Part shown: piece after piece, positions 62,050 through 64,000 of the stretch
Numbering within the stretch: the first letter of the stretch is position 1
Layout of the letters: each line of letters starts with the position of its first letter
DNA from: Takakia lepidozioides
Taxonomy: Eukaryota; Plantae; Bryophyta
Assembly (NCBI GenBank): GCA_030704615.1
Contig: CM060734.1
Location: 45,260,001-45,324,000 of the forward strand
Length of the DNA: 64,000 nt
Direction: 5' to 3'
The notes under the pieces: model-generated
Told to the model about the DNA's origin: nothing
Databases searched by the model: none
Seen by the model: only the letters and a program-made list of their open reading frames with translations
Program-made: the position numbers and the translations under genes

Positions 62050-63950
62050 ACAACAAATTACAATTAAGTGTTCAATATATCATACGTGTACTAGAAAGCT
62101 GATGCAACCTAAACATAAATTTGCATTTTGTAACTGTTGGATATGAGTATCAGGGTCACCTTGACCGGCCTCTTGTGCCGTATAAAAGTTCTTCATCTCT
62201 CTGTGTTTTCTCTTAAGTACCTCGTTTTTCATACAACCAATAGTCACACCGGCAGACAATAAAGCAACAATCTGTCCAGCATGTGCTCCTTGTACATGGA
62301 TATAAGGTGTAACAATATCCCCAATGGCCATGGTTGCATACCACATGAACTCCTTTTGTCACATACGCAATGCTGTAGATATCAATTTTATTTTTAGCAA
62401 TGGCCTAAAATATTTGTAGATACCAGCAAACCAATTTGTATTAAACAATTTGAACCAATATATGTGCAAATTTACAAACATGTTCTCGCCAGAAGGCTCA
62501 GTGCCTAATTCCCAAACATCGTAAGGTTGTTGAATGTAGTCAAATCATTGATAACAATCCCACATGTCTTTGAGTGTGCTCAAAGCGGTCGGGGATATGA
62601 AAGCCTACGACGATCTACGCACACCACAATCGTGAGCTATATTAAACCATCACATAATATCGTGGACATTCCATAAACATGGAAATTATCAAAAATAATA
62701 TATATTACTTATTTACGACATAAGCAATCGATGTTGCGCCAATATCCTATCGGAGATCACACCATTCGATTGCATATACAAGATATCCGCGTATTTGTGA
62801 CTTTGTAAGTATGGGTATCCACACGACATGAAACTCGAAAATCTGGCCCCTACATACATATCATTTCACCATAAACTTATATTAAAATATTATTATGGTA
62901 TGCAATTGAAAAATAATTAAATCCATATGATATGAGAATGGAACATTTAGTATAAGTATACTATGGTGCGTTACTAAATTAATAATTACATATGTGAATA
63001 GTTTTTAAAAACAAATTATCGTGAATAAGTTATATATATATATATATATATATGTATGATATATATATCTGTTGGAACCGACTTGGGACGCCTGTTGGAA
63101 CACGATGGATCTTGTCAGCCTCTTGTGCCATCATTTGCAAGTGTCGCATCATCTTAAGCACGGTGCGGATGATGGTATGTCTGGCGCAATATGATAGTGC
63201 ACTCATAGAGGGGGAGGGGAAAAAGATGGTCACCTATTTTTGGACGTATTTTCAATACAAATTAGCAATATAATAAAACCATGAGTAAGCAACGGTGTTT
63301 GGTTTACCATACAATACATCATACAAATGACGATTTACAAAAGCAAGTGTAGTATAATTTACGTCAAATATTGAATACTATTTAAACATTGGATGGACAA
63401 ATTACCTTGCTCGAATTATCACGATCCATAGGCCAATCTCGCAATACCTTCGCATGTGTAGCCATTTCATAGTCCGATGCCTATACAACGGCTAATGGGC
63501 TCATCGTGTGGCATCCCTTCAAGCCATGGGTTCAATTCTTGACACATCGTATCAACTTACATATTATACATGAAAATGACGAGGTAGAGACTTCATTGAT
63601 TTATATAGAATTTATCATTCGATATGTTATTCACATCATACATATAGGTAAATTGTATGATGAATTTATCGACACGTACCATAATGATGCGAACTCGAGT
63701 GACATACCGAGTTGACACAGACAAAATGGTGTCAAAAGGCTCAACCACATGTAAGTGAGTGATGTAGCTGGAAGTGACTTTGATAACGCTACACCAAGGG
63801 CAAAACGATGTGCCAATGGCGGAGACCTCACCTTTGCAAACGAGAACGTATATACAATGTAGATTCTGACACTCCACAAGAGTGAAGCGTACATGTCCAT
63901 CAGACATGCTCAGTCCATGTGTCATAAGTTCCCCCAACTGGTCGAAAAGA
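62050..63950 (-). mobile_element. Possible Transib/RAG1-like (CMC-type) transposase relic
   Basis: In order on the minus strand: SFCPWC, CARHTIIRTVLKMM, VTPYIHVQGAH...IGCMKNE. Fragmented; no TIRs identified. Confidence 0.35.
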
Positions 63951-64000
63951 TGGTATTCATCCGGAAATGCCTCCATATTGGCAATATTACAAAGCTATTC

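Overview
Eukaryotic land-plant genomic DNA. Gene content and repeats look bryophyte-like (inference). 1-10.8 kb: a decayed Ty3/Gypsy LTR retrotransposon with a G-rich tandem array upstream of gag. Its pol carries a complete DNMT3-type C5 cytosine methyltransferase domain between protease and RT, and a PHD finger after integrase; this is the most interesting item. 11-13 kb: a 5'-truncated L1-type LINE with polyA tail and TSD. 16-44 kb: a gene island holding a divergent type III PKS (CHS-like), a PPR pseudogene, PLPBP/YggS, a CorA-like family gene, KRI1 and a TEY MAP kinase (MPK4-like). The last MAPK intron contains a near-complete TSD-flanked LINE, and 3' tails of that LINE family are scattered through nearby introns. 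45-64 kb: AT-rich and apparently gene-free, with a MITE, a degenerate endonuclease-bearing Helitron and other transposase relics. Exon boundaries were read by eye from GT/AG sites and protein motifs. No database searches were run.
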